Of a stretch of 48,442 nucleotides of DNA, positions 26,215 through 34,365 are shown one piece after another. The position numbers and the translations under genes are program-made. Below the pieces are notes generated by a model, which worked only from the letters and a program-made list of their open reading frames with translations, searched no databases and was not told the origin of the DNA. The stretch's first letter is position 1, and each line of letters begins with the position of its first letter. The stretch is from an uncultured Candidatus Saccharibacteria bacterium (GTDB lineage: Bacteria; Patescibacteriota; Minisyncoccia; Phycocordibacterales; Phycocordibacteraceae), in NCBI GenBank assembly GCA_964364605.1, contig CAYIMJ010000001.1, forward strand, positions 1-48,442, read 5' to 3'.

Positions 26215-27546
26215 ATGCGCCACATCCACAAACCGTCCAAGAACACCCGCGGGTATGTGCTTGTCATGTCGCTCGTTTTCCTTGGGATTTTTTTCACGGT
26301 TGGTAGCGCCTACTTGAGTTCCGTAACCAGCTCCGCACGAAACGCCAGATACGGCGTAGCGAGCGCACAGGCACTCTCACTGGCCGAAGCAGGCATGGAT
26401 AAAGCAGCGTATGAGCTAAATCAAAATACTTCCTACAGCGGGGAAACCAATACTGCGCTCAGTCCTGGAGTATTTACCATAGCCGTTTCGAACATCGATT
26501 CGATTACAAAACGGATTACGGTAACGGGATATGTGCCAAATAGTTCAAACCCCACAGCGACAAGAATTATCAAAGCAAACGTGGGTATTAATAATGATGT
26601 CGTCTCTTTCCACTACGGTGTTCAGTCAGGAGTCGGGGGATTCCAACTTGATAATACCTCTTCCATCACCGGCAATGTGTACTCGAGCGGATCGGTCATC
26701 GGGAGCAGTCAAAATTACATATACGGCGATGTCATTTCTGCAGGAGCAAGCGGGCTAGTGTACGGTATTCACGCAACCAGTTCGGTGTATGCTCACACTA
26801 TCGGAAATGCTTCTGCAAATACTATTATCGACAGAAACGCCTATTACGTCACCAAGACCAATACAACCGTGAGTGGAACTTCGTACCCAAACAGTCCCGA
26901 CCAGGCCACAACATCGCTGCCGATTTCAGATGCCCAAATCGGTGAGTGGGAAACCCTCGCGGCTGCAGGAGGAACCGCGACATGCACAAACGGCTCATAT
27001 AATATTTCGTCCGGGAATGTGAGTCTTGGGCCTGTGAAGATTCCTTGTGACCTGACCATCAGCAACACCTCCGTTGTAACGTTAAACGGGCATATATGGG
27101 TCACTGGCAATATCGTTATACAAAATTCTGCTATCGTAAAAATGGCAGCATCATTGGGAACCGAGACTGTGACGATTATAGCTGACAATCCGTCAAACAG
27201 ACTTACCAGCAGCACGATAGCTGTAAAAAACACTGCGTCATTTCAAAATTCGGGAACGGCCGGATCATTCATTCTGCTAGTTTCTCAAAACAACAGTGCC
27301 GAGAATGCTGGGGGAGTAAGAGCAATCGAGTTGGAAAACAATGTTTCGGCGATGATTGCATACGCGGCGCACGGACTTATCGAACTAGAGAACAGTATTT
27401 CTTTGAAAGAGGTTACTGCATACAAAATACATTTGAAAAATTCAGCCAATGTAAGATACGACACTGGTCTTGCAAACGTCATATTCGATTCAGGCCCAGG
27501 CGGGAGCTGGAGCTTTACTCCTGGCACTTACGTCATTACCCGATAG
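26215..27546 (+). CDS. pilus-associated protein with PilX-like N-terminus and repetitive beta-rich body
   Basis: RGYVLVMSLVFLGIFFTVGSAYLSSVTSSARNARY...AQALSLAEAGMDKAAYEL resembles the PilX N-terminal domain. The remainder is Ser/Thr/Asn/Gly-rich and repetitive. Confidence 0.6.
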   Translation: MRHIHKPSKNTRGYVLVMSLVFLGIFFTVGSAYLSSVTSSARNARYGVASAQALSLAEAGMDKAAYELNQNTSYSGETNTALSPGVFTIAVSNIDSITKRITVTGYVPNSSNPTATRIIKANVGINNDVVSFHYGVQSGVGGFQLDNTSSITGNVYSSGSVIGSSQNYIYGDVISAGASGLVYGIHATSSVYAHTIGNASANTIIDRNAYYVTKTNTTVSGTSYPNSPDQATTSLPISDAQIGEWETLAAAGGTATCTNGSYNISSGNVSLGPVKIPCDLTISNTSVVTLNGHIWVTGNIVIQNSAIVKMAASLGTETVTIIADNPSNRLTSSTIAVKNTASFQNSGTAGSFILLVSQNNSAENAGGVRAIELENNVSAMIAYAAHGLIELENSISLKEVTAYKIHLKNSANVRYDTGLANVIFDSGPGGSWSFTPGTYVITR

Positions 27547-27572
27547 GGGTTTTATACTGATATGATAGCTGC

Positions 27573-28316
27573 ATGCTTATTGTAGCCAACTGGAAGGCAT
27601 ACGTAGAAGATTTAGGAAAAGCAAAGAAACTCCTTGCCGTAAGCAAGCGGCTCGCGCGCACGACTTCGTGCGATATTGTGCTTGCTCCGCCGTCGCCACT
27701 TCTCGGAGCGCTCGCGGTGCGTAATAAATCAAAAGTTGCTTTCGCGACGCAAGACGTCTCTCGAACGACAGGGGGAGCGAAGACTGGGGAGTCGACCGCT
27801 GAAGCCTACGCAGCCATCGGGGTAATGTATGCGATCCTGGGACATTCCGAGCGCCGAGCGCTCGGCGATACGGAACAAATAATTGCTGAGAAAATCGCGC
27901 ATGCACTCGCTCACGGACTCACGCCCATCCTCTGTGTCGGCGAACATGAACGCGACGGGGAAGGACACTATCTCAGCTATGTGCGTGAAGAACTTACTTC
28001 TGCAATCGGATCACTCACGCCAAAAGAGCGCTCGAAAGTCATTGTCGCCTATGAACCTCTCTGGGCCATCGGCAAGACAGCTGCCGAAGCAATCCAGTCG
28101 AACGATCTTGCAGAGATGGTGTTGTACATCCGGAAAGTGCTCTCGGAACTCCTGCCGGGGAAAAGTTCGCGACAGACGCTCGTGCTTTATGGAGGATCAG
28201 TCGAACCGGGAAATATCCGCGGACTTGCAGGCGACTCAAATGTTGACGGATTTCTTGTCGGTCATGCTTCGGTAGATCCGGTTGCATTCTCGCTTCTTGT
28301 AAAACAACTTGCCTGA
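27573..28316 (+). CDS. tpiA: triosephosphate isomerase
   Basis: IVANWKA, ILGHSERR, CVGE, VAYEPLWAIG, YGGSV. Confidence 0.95.
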   Translation: MLIVANWKAYVEDLGKAKKLLAVSKRLARTTSCDIVLAPPSPLLGALAVRNKSKVAFATQDVSRTTGGAKTGESTAEAYAAIGVMYAILGHSERRALGDTEQIIAEKIAHALAHGLTPILCVGEHERDGEGHYLSYVREELTSAIGSLTPKERSKVIVAYEPLWAIGKTAAEAIQSNDLAEMVLYIRKVLSELLPGKSSRQTLVLYGGSVEPGNIRGLAGDSNVDGFLVGHASVDPVAFSLLVKQLA

Positions 28317-28324
28317 TAATGCGT

Positions 28325-28438
28325 CCCGTTAGAAATCACGAACACGTCTATCAAAGTGATCACGAAACGTTATGGACCGCAGTAACAAAATAAAATATGA
28401 CACCCTTTATGCGACGTTCGTATTCTATTTCTAACGGG
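28325..28438. mobile_element. family-A inverted-repeat mini-element (114 nt) between the duplicated pgk start codons
   Basis: Arms at 28325-28336 and 28427-28438. Flanks are ATGCGT (28319-28324) and ATGCGC (28439-28444). Confidence 0.75.
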
Positions 28439-29599
28439 ATGCGCAGCGTCCGCGACATCCGACTATTCGAGAATATTCCGATACTCGTTCGGACGGCGCT
28501 CAATGTCCCGATTGAAAATGGGAAAGTCGTCAACGACTACCGATTACGACGCGCACTGCCAACCATTAGATTTCTTTCCGAACGAGGTGCGAAAGTCATT
28601 CTCATCAGCCACATCGGAGAGCAGGGGACTGAGACACTCGAACCGGTTGCGCAAGCTCTCGGGAAACTCATATCCCGAGTCTCGTTCTTCGGTGAGACCA
28701 TCGGGGAGCGGGCCCGAGGAGCCATACGGGAACTTTCGCCAGGAGGCATCCTGGTACTTGAAAATCTCCGCCGCAATAAAGGTGAAGTGATGAATGATCG
28801 AGCCTTCACCAAAGAACTTGCGGCGCTTGCTGACGTCTTCGTTCAAGATTCTTTTGATACTTGCCACCGTCGTCACGCCTCAATCATCGGTGTTCCTGAA
28901 TTATTACCAAGTTATGCCGGACTCCTTCTTGAGGAAGAGATCGAGGAACTTTCGGAAGCGCTCATGCCGAAGCATCCGGCGCTTGCAGTTATCGGCGGAG
29001 CGAAATTCAGCACGAAGGAAGCAGTGCTTACTACGCTTCTCAAAACATATGATCATGTGTTTGTCGGCGGAGCACTTGCCAATGACTTCCTGAAAGCGGC
29101 GGGACAAGGGGTAGGGAAGTCGCTTGTTTCAGGAGCTGACTCAGACTCTATTAAAAAACTTCTCACCAATCCTAAACTGGTATTACCCGTAGACTCGTTT
29201 GTCGTTCCAGCAACGAGCATCGGCGCTTTGAATACGAAAATGAACGCGCGCGTCGCAACTGCCGGACAAGTACGGCCCGATGAAGTCATTCTCGATCATG
29301 GTCCCGGCACTTCAGCACTCTTAGCTAACCTTGCCGAAAAAGCGAAAAATATTCTCTGGAACGGCCCCTTGGGAAATTACGAGCACGGCTTTGTAGATGC
29401 AACCAATGCTTTCGCGCGCGCGGTCGCAGACTCGGGAGCGCACTCGGTCGTCGGCGGCGGCGACACTATCGCAGCGATAGAGAACCTCGGCCTTCTTCCG
29501 CACTTTTCTTTTGTCTCGACTGGCGGCGGCGCCATGCTCGACCTCCTCGCAAAGGGAACTCTTCCCGGCATTGCAGTACTTGACAAAACACACAACTAG
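28439..29599 (+). CDS. pgk: phosphoglycerate kinase
   Basis: MRSVRDIRLFENIPILVRTALNVP..ISHIG...ENLRRNKGE..GGAKFSTK..GGGDT. The conserved N-terminus begins at ATG 28439. In-frame ATG 28397 would add the element-encoded peptide MTPFMRRSYSISNG. Confidence 0.93.
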   Translation: MRSVRDIRLFENIPILVRTALNVPIENGKVVNDYRLRRALPTIRFLSERGAKVILISHIGEQGTETLEPVAQALGKLISRVSFFGETIGERARGAIRELSPGGILVLENLRRNKGEVMNDRAFTKELAALADVFVQDSFDTCHRRHASIIGVPELLPSYAGLLLEEEIEELSEALMPKHPALAVIGGAKFSTKEAVLTTLLKTYDHVFVGGALANDFLKAAGQGVGKSLVSGADSDSIKKLLTNPKLVLPVDSFVVPATSIGALNTKMNARVATAGQVRPDEVILDHGPGTSALLANLAEKAKNILWNGPLGNYEHGFVDATNAFARAVADSGAHSVVGGGDTIAAIENLGLLPHFSFVSTGGGAMLDLLAKGTLPGIAVLDKTHN

Positions 29600-29651
29600 T
29601 GTAATATATATGCAGGTTTGAGAGCAACTCACTCATCACATAAGGAGCTTT

Positions 29652-29747
29652 ATGCCCGAAATCCTCTTACTGGCGATTCCGGTTGGCGGCATGTTCTTTC
29701 TGCTTTATTTCGTTGGGAAATTTTTTCGATCGGACTACGCTGAATAA
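29652..29747 (+). CDS. candidate small membrane peptide (31 aa), not in the ORF track
   Basis: AAGGAG (29642-29647) lies 4 nt before ATG. Own translation: MPEILLLAIPVGGMFFLLYFVGKFFRSDYAE. A hairpin at 29761-29787 follows. Confidence 0.45.
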   Translation: MPEILLLAIPVGGMFFLLYFVGKFFRSDYAE

Positions 29748-29798
29748 AAAGGGGGTTCGAGTGCCGGCATCCATAAGATGTCGGCACTTTACTGGAAT

Positions 29799-29842
29799 CG
29801 GCCAGAACGCCCCGCCTGCTTTGCAGCGGGGATGAATGGCCG
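29799..29842. repeat. structured hairpin motif, copy 1
   Basis: CGGCCA-gaacg-CCCCG-c-CTGC-ttt-GCAG-CGGGG-atgaa-TGGCCG. Confidence 0.6.
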
Positions 29843-29895
29843 AAATTAAACATGCGCGGCGGAGGCCGCATCTTTATCCAGCAAAACACCCTGGT

Positions 29896-29946
29896 GTCCG
29901 TCTCGCCAATGCCCCGTCCGCTTGCGGCGGGGATGGCGAAACGGAC
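29896..29946. repeat. structured hairpin motif, copy 2 (possible HIT-gene terminator)
   Basis: GTCCGT-c-TCGCCA-atg-CCCCG-t-CCGC-tt-GCGG-CGGGG-a-TGGCGA-a-ACGGAC. Same architecture as copy 1, with different but still complementary outer and inner stems. Confidence 0.6.
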
Positions 29947-29950
29947 TGTT

Positions 29951-30361
29951 TTACTTTATGTGTGCGCGAATTTTTTCGGCTAAAACTGCGGCAGCATCCT
30001 TAGGAAGATCCTTATGCGGCCAGAAGTTGAACTCGTCGCGGGAGTGACGGGGGATGATGTGAAAGTGGAGATGAAAAACGATCTGCCCCGCAGCCGCCTC
30101 ATGATTGGAATTGATGTGGACACCGTGCGCGCCGACAGCATCTCGTACCGCAGGAGCGATCTTCCGCACGGTACGCATCACAGCAGCAAGCGTTGCATCA
30201 TCTGCGTCAAAAATATTTCTCACTGATTTCTTCGGTATCACAAGTGTGTGGCCAGGCGTAACCGGTTTCACATCGAGGAAAGCGAGAGTATCGTCGTCTT
30301 CATACACAATATCAGCAGGAACTTCACGCCGGATGATCTTCATAAAAATGGTGTCTTCCAT
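29951..30361 (-). CDS. HIT family (histidine triad) protein
   Basis: FMKIIRREVPADIVYEDDDTLAFLD..PGHTLVIPKK..HLHFHIIP. Confidence 0.93.
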   Translation of the reverse strand: MEDTIFMKIIRREVPADIVYEDDDTLAFLDVKPVTPGHTLVIPKKSVRNIFDADDATLAAVMRTVRKIAPAVRDAVGAHGVHINSNHEAAAGQIVFHLHFHIIPRHSRDEFNFWPHKDLPKDAAAVLAEKIRAHIK

Positions 30362-30368
30362 TTCGTAA

Positions 30369-30475
30369 GTATACTCCGTGAGATAGGTGTTCCTGGGGCT
30401 ACCTGCTCGAATATCGAGCAGGGCAACGTAAGCGCATAAGCAGAGAAATGGAGCGAATTATCTCATGGGGTATAC
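30369..30475. repeat. family-B inverted repeat in the HIT/recJ divergent promoter region
   Basis: Arms GTATACTCCGTGAGAT (30369-30384) and ATCTCATGGGGTATAC (30460-30475). The 75-nt spacer contains the perfect hairpin CCTGCTCGA-ata-TCGAGCAGG. Confidence 0.75.
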
Positions 30476-30487
30476 AATAGCTCTCAC

Positions 30488-32284
30488 ATGTTCCCACTCC
30501 ACGATCCGCTTACTGAACCTCTACGAGCAGAACTTGCATCGTATGACGATCTCACTGCCGCGTTGCTTTCGCGCCGCGGTATCCTGACTAAAGAAGACGC
30601 TGAGAAATTTCTCAACCCCTCCTACGAAGGTCACCTATATGACCCATTCCTGATGACTGACATGAGAAAAGCCGCGGAGCGATTTGCGGCGGCGATTCTC
30701 TCGGGAGAAAAAATTGCAGTATGGAGCGACTACGATTGCGATGGTATTCCGGGTGGCGTACTCCTCCACGATTTCCTCGCGAAAGCTGGTGCGAATTTTG
30801 AAAATTATATTCCGCATCGACATGAAGAGGGGTATGGCATGAATGTGAGTGGAATTGAGAAGCTTGCAAAGAGCGGAGTGAAACTCATCGTGACAGTCGA
30901 CTCTGGTATCACCGATATCGAACCTGTTGCCCGGGCGAAAGAACTTGGCATGGACGTCATCGTAACCGATCATCATTTGCCGGGAGAAAAATTACCAGAC
31001 GCTTTTGCGGTCGTTAATCCTAATGCTCGTCCCGTTAGAGACAAGATGTTGTCAGCATCTGGCTCGCCGGAGGCGAGCGTCTCTAACGGGACAAGTGCCG
31101 ACGAAACGTATCCGTTTCGCAGTCTCTGCGGCTCAGGGGTCGCGTGGAAACTCGTCTGCGCGACTCTCGCGATTGCACCAACTCTTCGCGAGAAGGTACC
31201 CGTCGGATGGGAGAAGTGGCTCCTTGATATGGTCGGTCTCGCAACCATCGCTGACATGGTTCCGCTTGTCGATGAGAATCGCGTTCTCGCGACGTATGGA
31301 TTGAAAGTAATGCGGAAGTCGCCACGCATCGGGCTACAAAAAATGTGCCGCGGAATGCGTGTGGATCAGCGTGCGATTACCGAAGACGACGTCGGGTTCA
31401 TGATAGCCCCGAGAGTGAATGCCGCGAGCCGGATGGGGGACGCACGCGATGCGTTCCGTCTCTTCACGACGACCGATGAAAACGAAGCTGATGAACTCTC
31501 AAAGAAAATGGAGAAGGCGAACCGTCAACGGAAAGCAGAGGCGGGCGCTATCACGCGCGCGGTACACACACGACTCAAGGAACGCGGGGAGGTGCGAAGC
31601 GTCATCGCACTCGGAGATCCCGAGTGGCGCCCGGCGCTTCTCGGTCTTGTTGCAAACACGATTGCTGACGAGTATGAGCGTCCGGTATTTTTGTGGGGAA
31701 GGGAAGGGAACATGCGTCTGAAAGGATCAGTGCGGAGTGGCGGCACGACGCATATTATGGAACTCATGCGCGCGGCAGAAAAAGCATTCGTCGAATTCGG
31801 CGGACATGCGGCGGCGGGCGGTTTTGCCGTCCACGACACTGAAGTATTTTTTCTAGAAGACCGACTCGTCGAAGCACATGCAAAAATACTGGAAGGAAAA
31901 ACCGCTGAAGACAGTCTGGCGATGCGTGCCGATGCGCACATCACACCGGAAGAAGCGACGACGTCATTTCTTTTCAAAGTCGAGAAGCTCGCACCCTTCG
32001 GTCAGCAGAATGCGAAGCCAGTGTTTCTGCTTCGCGAAATTATCGTGCGAGAGATTTCACGCTTCGGAAAAGGGGAGGAGCATTTGAAATTGAAAATAAC
32101 TTCCGTCGAAGGTACTGGACGAAGTGTCGAAGCGGTTACGTTTTTCGTAAAAGGATCGATCGCCCGTGCAGCGGAGAAAATCTCTGCGGGTAGTCGCGTG
32201 AACCTACTTGCACACCTTGAGCGCGACACCTTCTCGCGCGGGAATCCGGTGCGCCTGCGACTTCTCGACATCAAATTGATATGA
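30488..32284 (+). CDS. recJ: single-stranded-DNA-specific exonuclease RecJ
   Basis: DYDCDGI, VTVDSG, VTDHH, GSGVAWKL, IADMVPL (DHH/DHHA1 motifs). Confidence 0.93.
   Translation: MFPLHDPLTEPLRAELASYDDLTAALLSRRGILTKEDAEKFLNPSYEGHLYDPFLMTDMRKAAERFAAAILSGEKIAVWSDYDCDGIPGGVLLHDFLAKAGANFENYIPHRHEEGYGMNVSGIEKLAKSGVKLIVTVDSGITDIEPVARAKELGMDVIVTDHHLPGEKLPDAFAVVNPNARPVRDKMLSASGSPEASVSNGTSADETYPFRSLCGSGVAWKLVCATLAIAPTLREKVPVGWEKWLLDMVGLATIADMVPLVDENRVLATYGLKVMRKSPRIGLQKMCRGMRVDQRAITEDDVGFMIAPRVNAASRMGDARDAFRLFTTTDENEADELSKKMEKANRQRKAEAGAITRAVHTRLKERGEVRSVIALGDPEWRPALLGLVANTIADEYERPVFLWGREGNMRLKGSVRSGGTTHIMELMRAAEKAFVEFGGHAAAGGFAVHDTEVFFLEDRLVEAHAKILEGKTAEDSLAMRADAHITPEEATTSFLFKVEKLAPFGQQNAKPVFLLREIIVREISRFGKGEEHLKLKITSVEGTGRSVEAVTFFVKGSIARAAEKISAGSRVNLLAHLERDTFSRGNPVRLRLLDIKLI
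31029..31092. mobile_element. family-A variant inverted-repeat element inserted in-frame in recJ
   Basis: Arms GTCCCGTTAGAGAC (31029-31042) and GTCTCTAACGGGAC (31079-31092). The core 31031-31090 is 60 nt (20 codons), encoding PVRDKMLSASGSPEASVSNG between the conserved NPNAR and YPF..L.GSGVA. There is an inner hairpin gctcgcc-gga-ggcgagc. Confidence 0.7.
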
Positions 32285-32721
32285 TGAGCGGCATGAGTCA
32301 TTTCACGATCCATGCAGACGGAGGTTCACGAGGGAACCCCGGCCCCTCCGGGGCCGGGGCGATGATACGCGACCATCTCGGCAACTCAGTCGCGAGCGTT
32401 TCAAAATTTCTCGGAACACGCACGAATAATTTTGCAGAATACGAAGCCGTCATCCTTGCATTCGAGGAACTCGCGAAACTCGTCCCGAAAGAAAAACTTA
32501 GCTCGACTGAAGTCATCGTAAAAATGGACAGTGAGCTCGTGGTGAAACAAATGAACGGCGTCTACAAAATAAAACACCCAGTCATGAAGGCACAGTACGC
32601 ACGCCTCATACAGGCCGGAGCAGCATTCAACAAAATCACTTTCACACACGTCTTCCGCGCCGAAAACTCCGACGCTGACGCCCTCGCAAACGAAGCGATG
32701 GATAGGGGCGCAAATCCTTAG
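32281..32721 (+). CDS. rnhA: ribonuclease HI
   Basis: IHADGGSRGNPGPSGAG..NNFAEYEAVILAFEEL..DSELVVKQMNG.YK..NSDADALANEA. ATGA overlap with recJ. Confidence 0.9.
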   Translation: MMSGMSHFTIHADGGSRGNPGPSGAGAMIRDHLGNSVASVSKFLGTRTNNFAEYEAVILAFEELAKLVPKEKLSSTEVIVKMDSELVVKQMNGVYKIKHPVMKAQYARLIQAGAAFNKITFTHVFRAENSDADALANEAMDRGANP

Positions 32722-32756
32722 GGACCCGTTAGTCAATCTTGCTGTAATCTACCAAA

Positions 32757-33776
32757 ATGGAAGGGCCTGAGAAATTGCCAGAAAAACTACCGGGTCCCGA
32801 CCGTATTGTTGGAACGGATGAGGTTAGTGAGAAGAATTTAAAACTCCTACTTACAGAAACAATAAGAGACCAAAAATTTGAATCATTTGAACGCGAAAAA
32901 ACACTTGAAGAACGAGTAATATTTTATGAGATTACCAAAAAAATTCCTGATTTTATAAAAGAATATGGCGCAGAGAGAACCAAATTCGTCTTGGAAAACC
33001 AGATTCATATCTTAGATGGATCAAAACAAGATTCGGAGCAAGTGCAGCATTTCTTAGAGGATGAAATCGGGGGTACGTATTCATCGAATGGGCGAATCGA
33101 TATCTTATCAACGGATGGGGAATATTTGCATACTGCACATGCGCTCGTTCATGAATTAATGCACGCCCATTCTTTCGAGAGCTCTACTTTAAAAATCCTT
33201 TCCGCAAATGTAGGGGGTACCGGAGACGCCCCATTAACACGCACTGTTGATGGGCGCGAGGAGAAGGCTTCATTAGAACATCGCAGATTTGGTCTTGAAG
33301 TGTTTGAAAAGGGAGAAAGTAAATTATTTACTTATTTAAATGAGGCAGTAACTGAAGAACTTACGAGGCGTTTCTGCGAACGTTATTTTAAGGATATTCC
33401 GCATGTGAATACTGAGTTTGCAAAGTATTCATTTGAAAATAAACCTGAAAATCAAGAATTGCCGGTGCGAAATCTCATTTTAGTCGGCTTACATGAAGCA
33501 TCGGACAAACTGTCATTTTATGCCTACACAAAAGAACGCATCGCTCTTGGATGGATAGTCCATGTACTCTACCAAGAAAATCAAAACAAATTTAAAAATC
33601 CCGAGGAAGTCTTTCAACTTTTTTCGCAGGCACTGTTTACTGGGAAATCACTTGAGATAGCTCGTTTGATTGAAAAAAGTGTCGGAATCGGAAAAGGATC
33701 TTTCAGAAAGATGGGGAAGATCGATGTGGGCATGTTCCTGGACGAGATGCTTGAAAAGTTTAAACAAGAATATTAG
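32757..33776 (+). CDS. hypothetical protein with HExxH motif
   Basis: AHALVHELMHAH. I recognise no other family. TAATCT lies 6 nt upstream of ATG. Confidence 0.55.
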   Translation: MEGPEKLPEKLPGPDRIVGTDEVSEKNLKLLLTETIRDQKFESFEREKTLEERVIFYEITKKIPDFIKEYGAERTKFVLENQIHILDGSKQDSEQVQHFLEDEIGGTYSSNGRIDILSTDGEYLHTAHALVHELMHAHSFESSTLKILSANVGGTGDAPLTRTVDGREEKASLEHRRFGLEVFEKGESKLFTYLNEAVTEELTRRFCERYFKDIPHVNTEFAKYSFENKPENQELPVRNLILVGLHEASDKLSFYAYTKERIALGWIVHVLYQENQNKFKNPEEVFQLFSQALFTGKSLEIARLIEKSVGIGKGSFRKMGKIDVGMFLDEMLEKFKQEY

Positions 33777-33845
33777 GCACGTCTTGTGGATAGGAGAAGT
33801 GCGGACACCTGATGTCCAAAACACATCGCGTGATATACTGCACGC

Positions 33846-34118
33846 GTGGCGAAAATCTCTAAAAAAATGGTGCTGGTAAAAACTCAATACGGGTCGTTCA
33901 ATGCGGTCTTTGAGCCAGAAACCGATATGGGCGGATATGTTGTTACCGCGCCAAAGGTGCAGGGAGCGGTCTCATGGGGTAAAAACCTTTCTCATGCAAA
34001 AAAAATGATTGTAGAGTGCATCGAGGGGGCCATTGAGACTCGTATCATTTCAGAAGCTGTAAAAGAAGGGAATGTCCGTTTCACCGCTAACGCGAAACGC
34101 ATTCCGTCTTTTGCATGA
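33846..34118 (+). CDS. hicB: HicB-like antitoxin
   Basis: FNAVFEPETDMGGYVVTAPKVQGAVSWGKNLSHAKKMIVECIEGAI resembles the HicB/UPF0150 fold. GTG 33846 is preceded by TATACT at 6 nt. ATG 33867 is an alternative start. Confidence 0.7.
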   Translation: MAKISKKMVLVKTQYGSFNAVFEPETDMGGYVVTAPKVQGAVSWGKNLSHAKKMIVECIEGAIETRIISEAVKEGNVRFTANAKRIPSFA

Positions 34119-34339
34119 GTATCATTCCGATACTCGCGGCGCGTTTAGTGATACGCAAACTAATCAGAGCAGGGTTCCACTATGAAAAATCGCACGGAAG
34201 TCATCAATACTACATTCATCCGATAACGAAACGTATGACCTCGATTCCTATCCACGGAGGAAACACGATAGGCCGCAATCTGCTAAAAAAGATTATTGAT
34301 CAGGCAGGGATTACCATAGAACAGTTTTTGAAACTCTGA
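34115..34339 (+). CDS. hicA: HicA-like mRNA interferase toxin
   Basis: LIRAGFHYEKSHGSHQYYIHP...SIPIHGGNTIGRNLLKKIIDQAGI (YcfA/HicA). 4-nt overlap with hicB. Confidence 0.8.
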   Translation: MSIIPILAARLVIRKLIRAGFHYEKSHGSHQYYIHPITKRMTSIPIHGGNTIGRNLLKKIIDQAGITIEQFLKL

Positions 34340-34365
34340 TACGCATTGCCTGTTACGATACTTGC

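Noticed and set aside
29650-29889. 79-aa minus-strand ORF across the 29650-29950 intergenic region.
   Set aside because: It spans the tandem hairpins and is antisense to the SD-led small ORF. No start signals. Composition is driven by the GC-rich stems.
32723-32737. gacccgttagtcaat just after the rnhA stop: possible solo or degenerate family-A arm.
   Set aside because: Only one arm, with an indel relative to the consensus, and no partner within 200 nt. It is noted in the family description but is too weak to call as an element.
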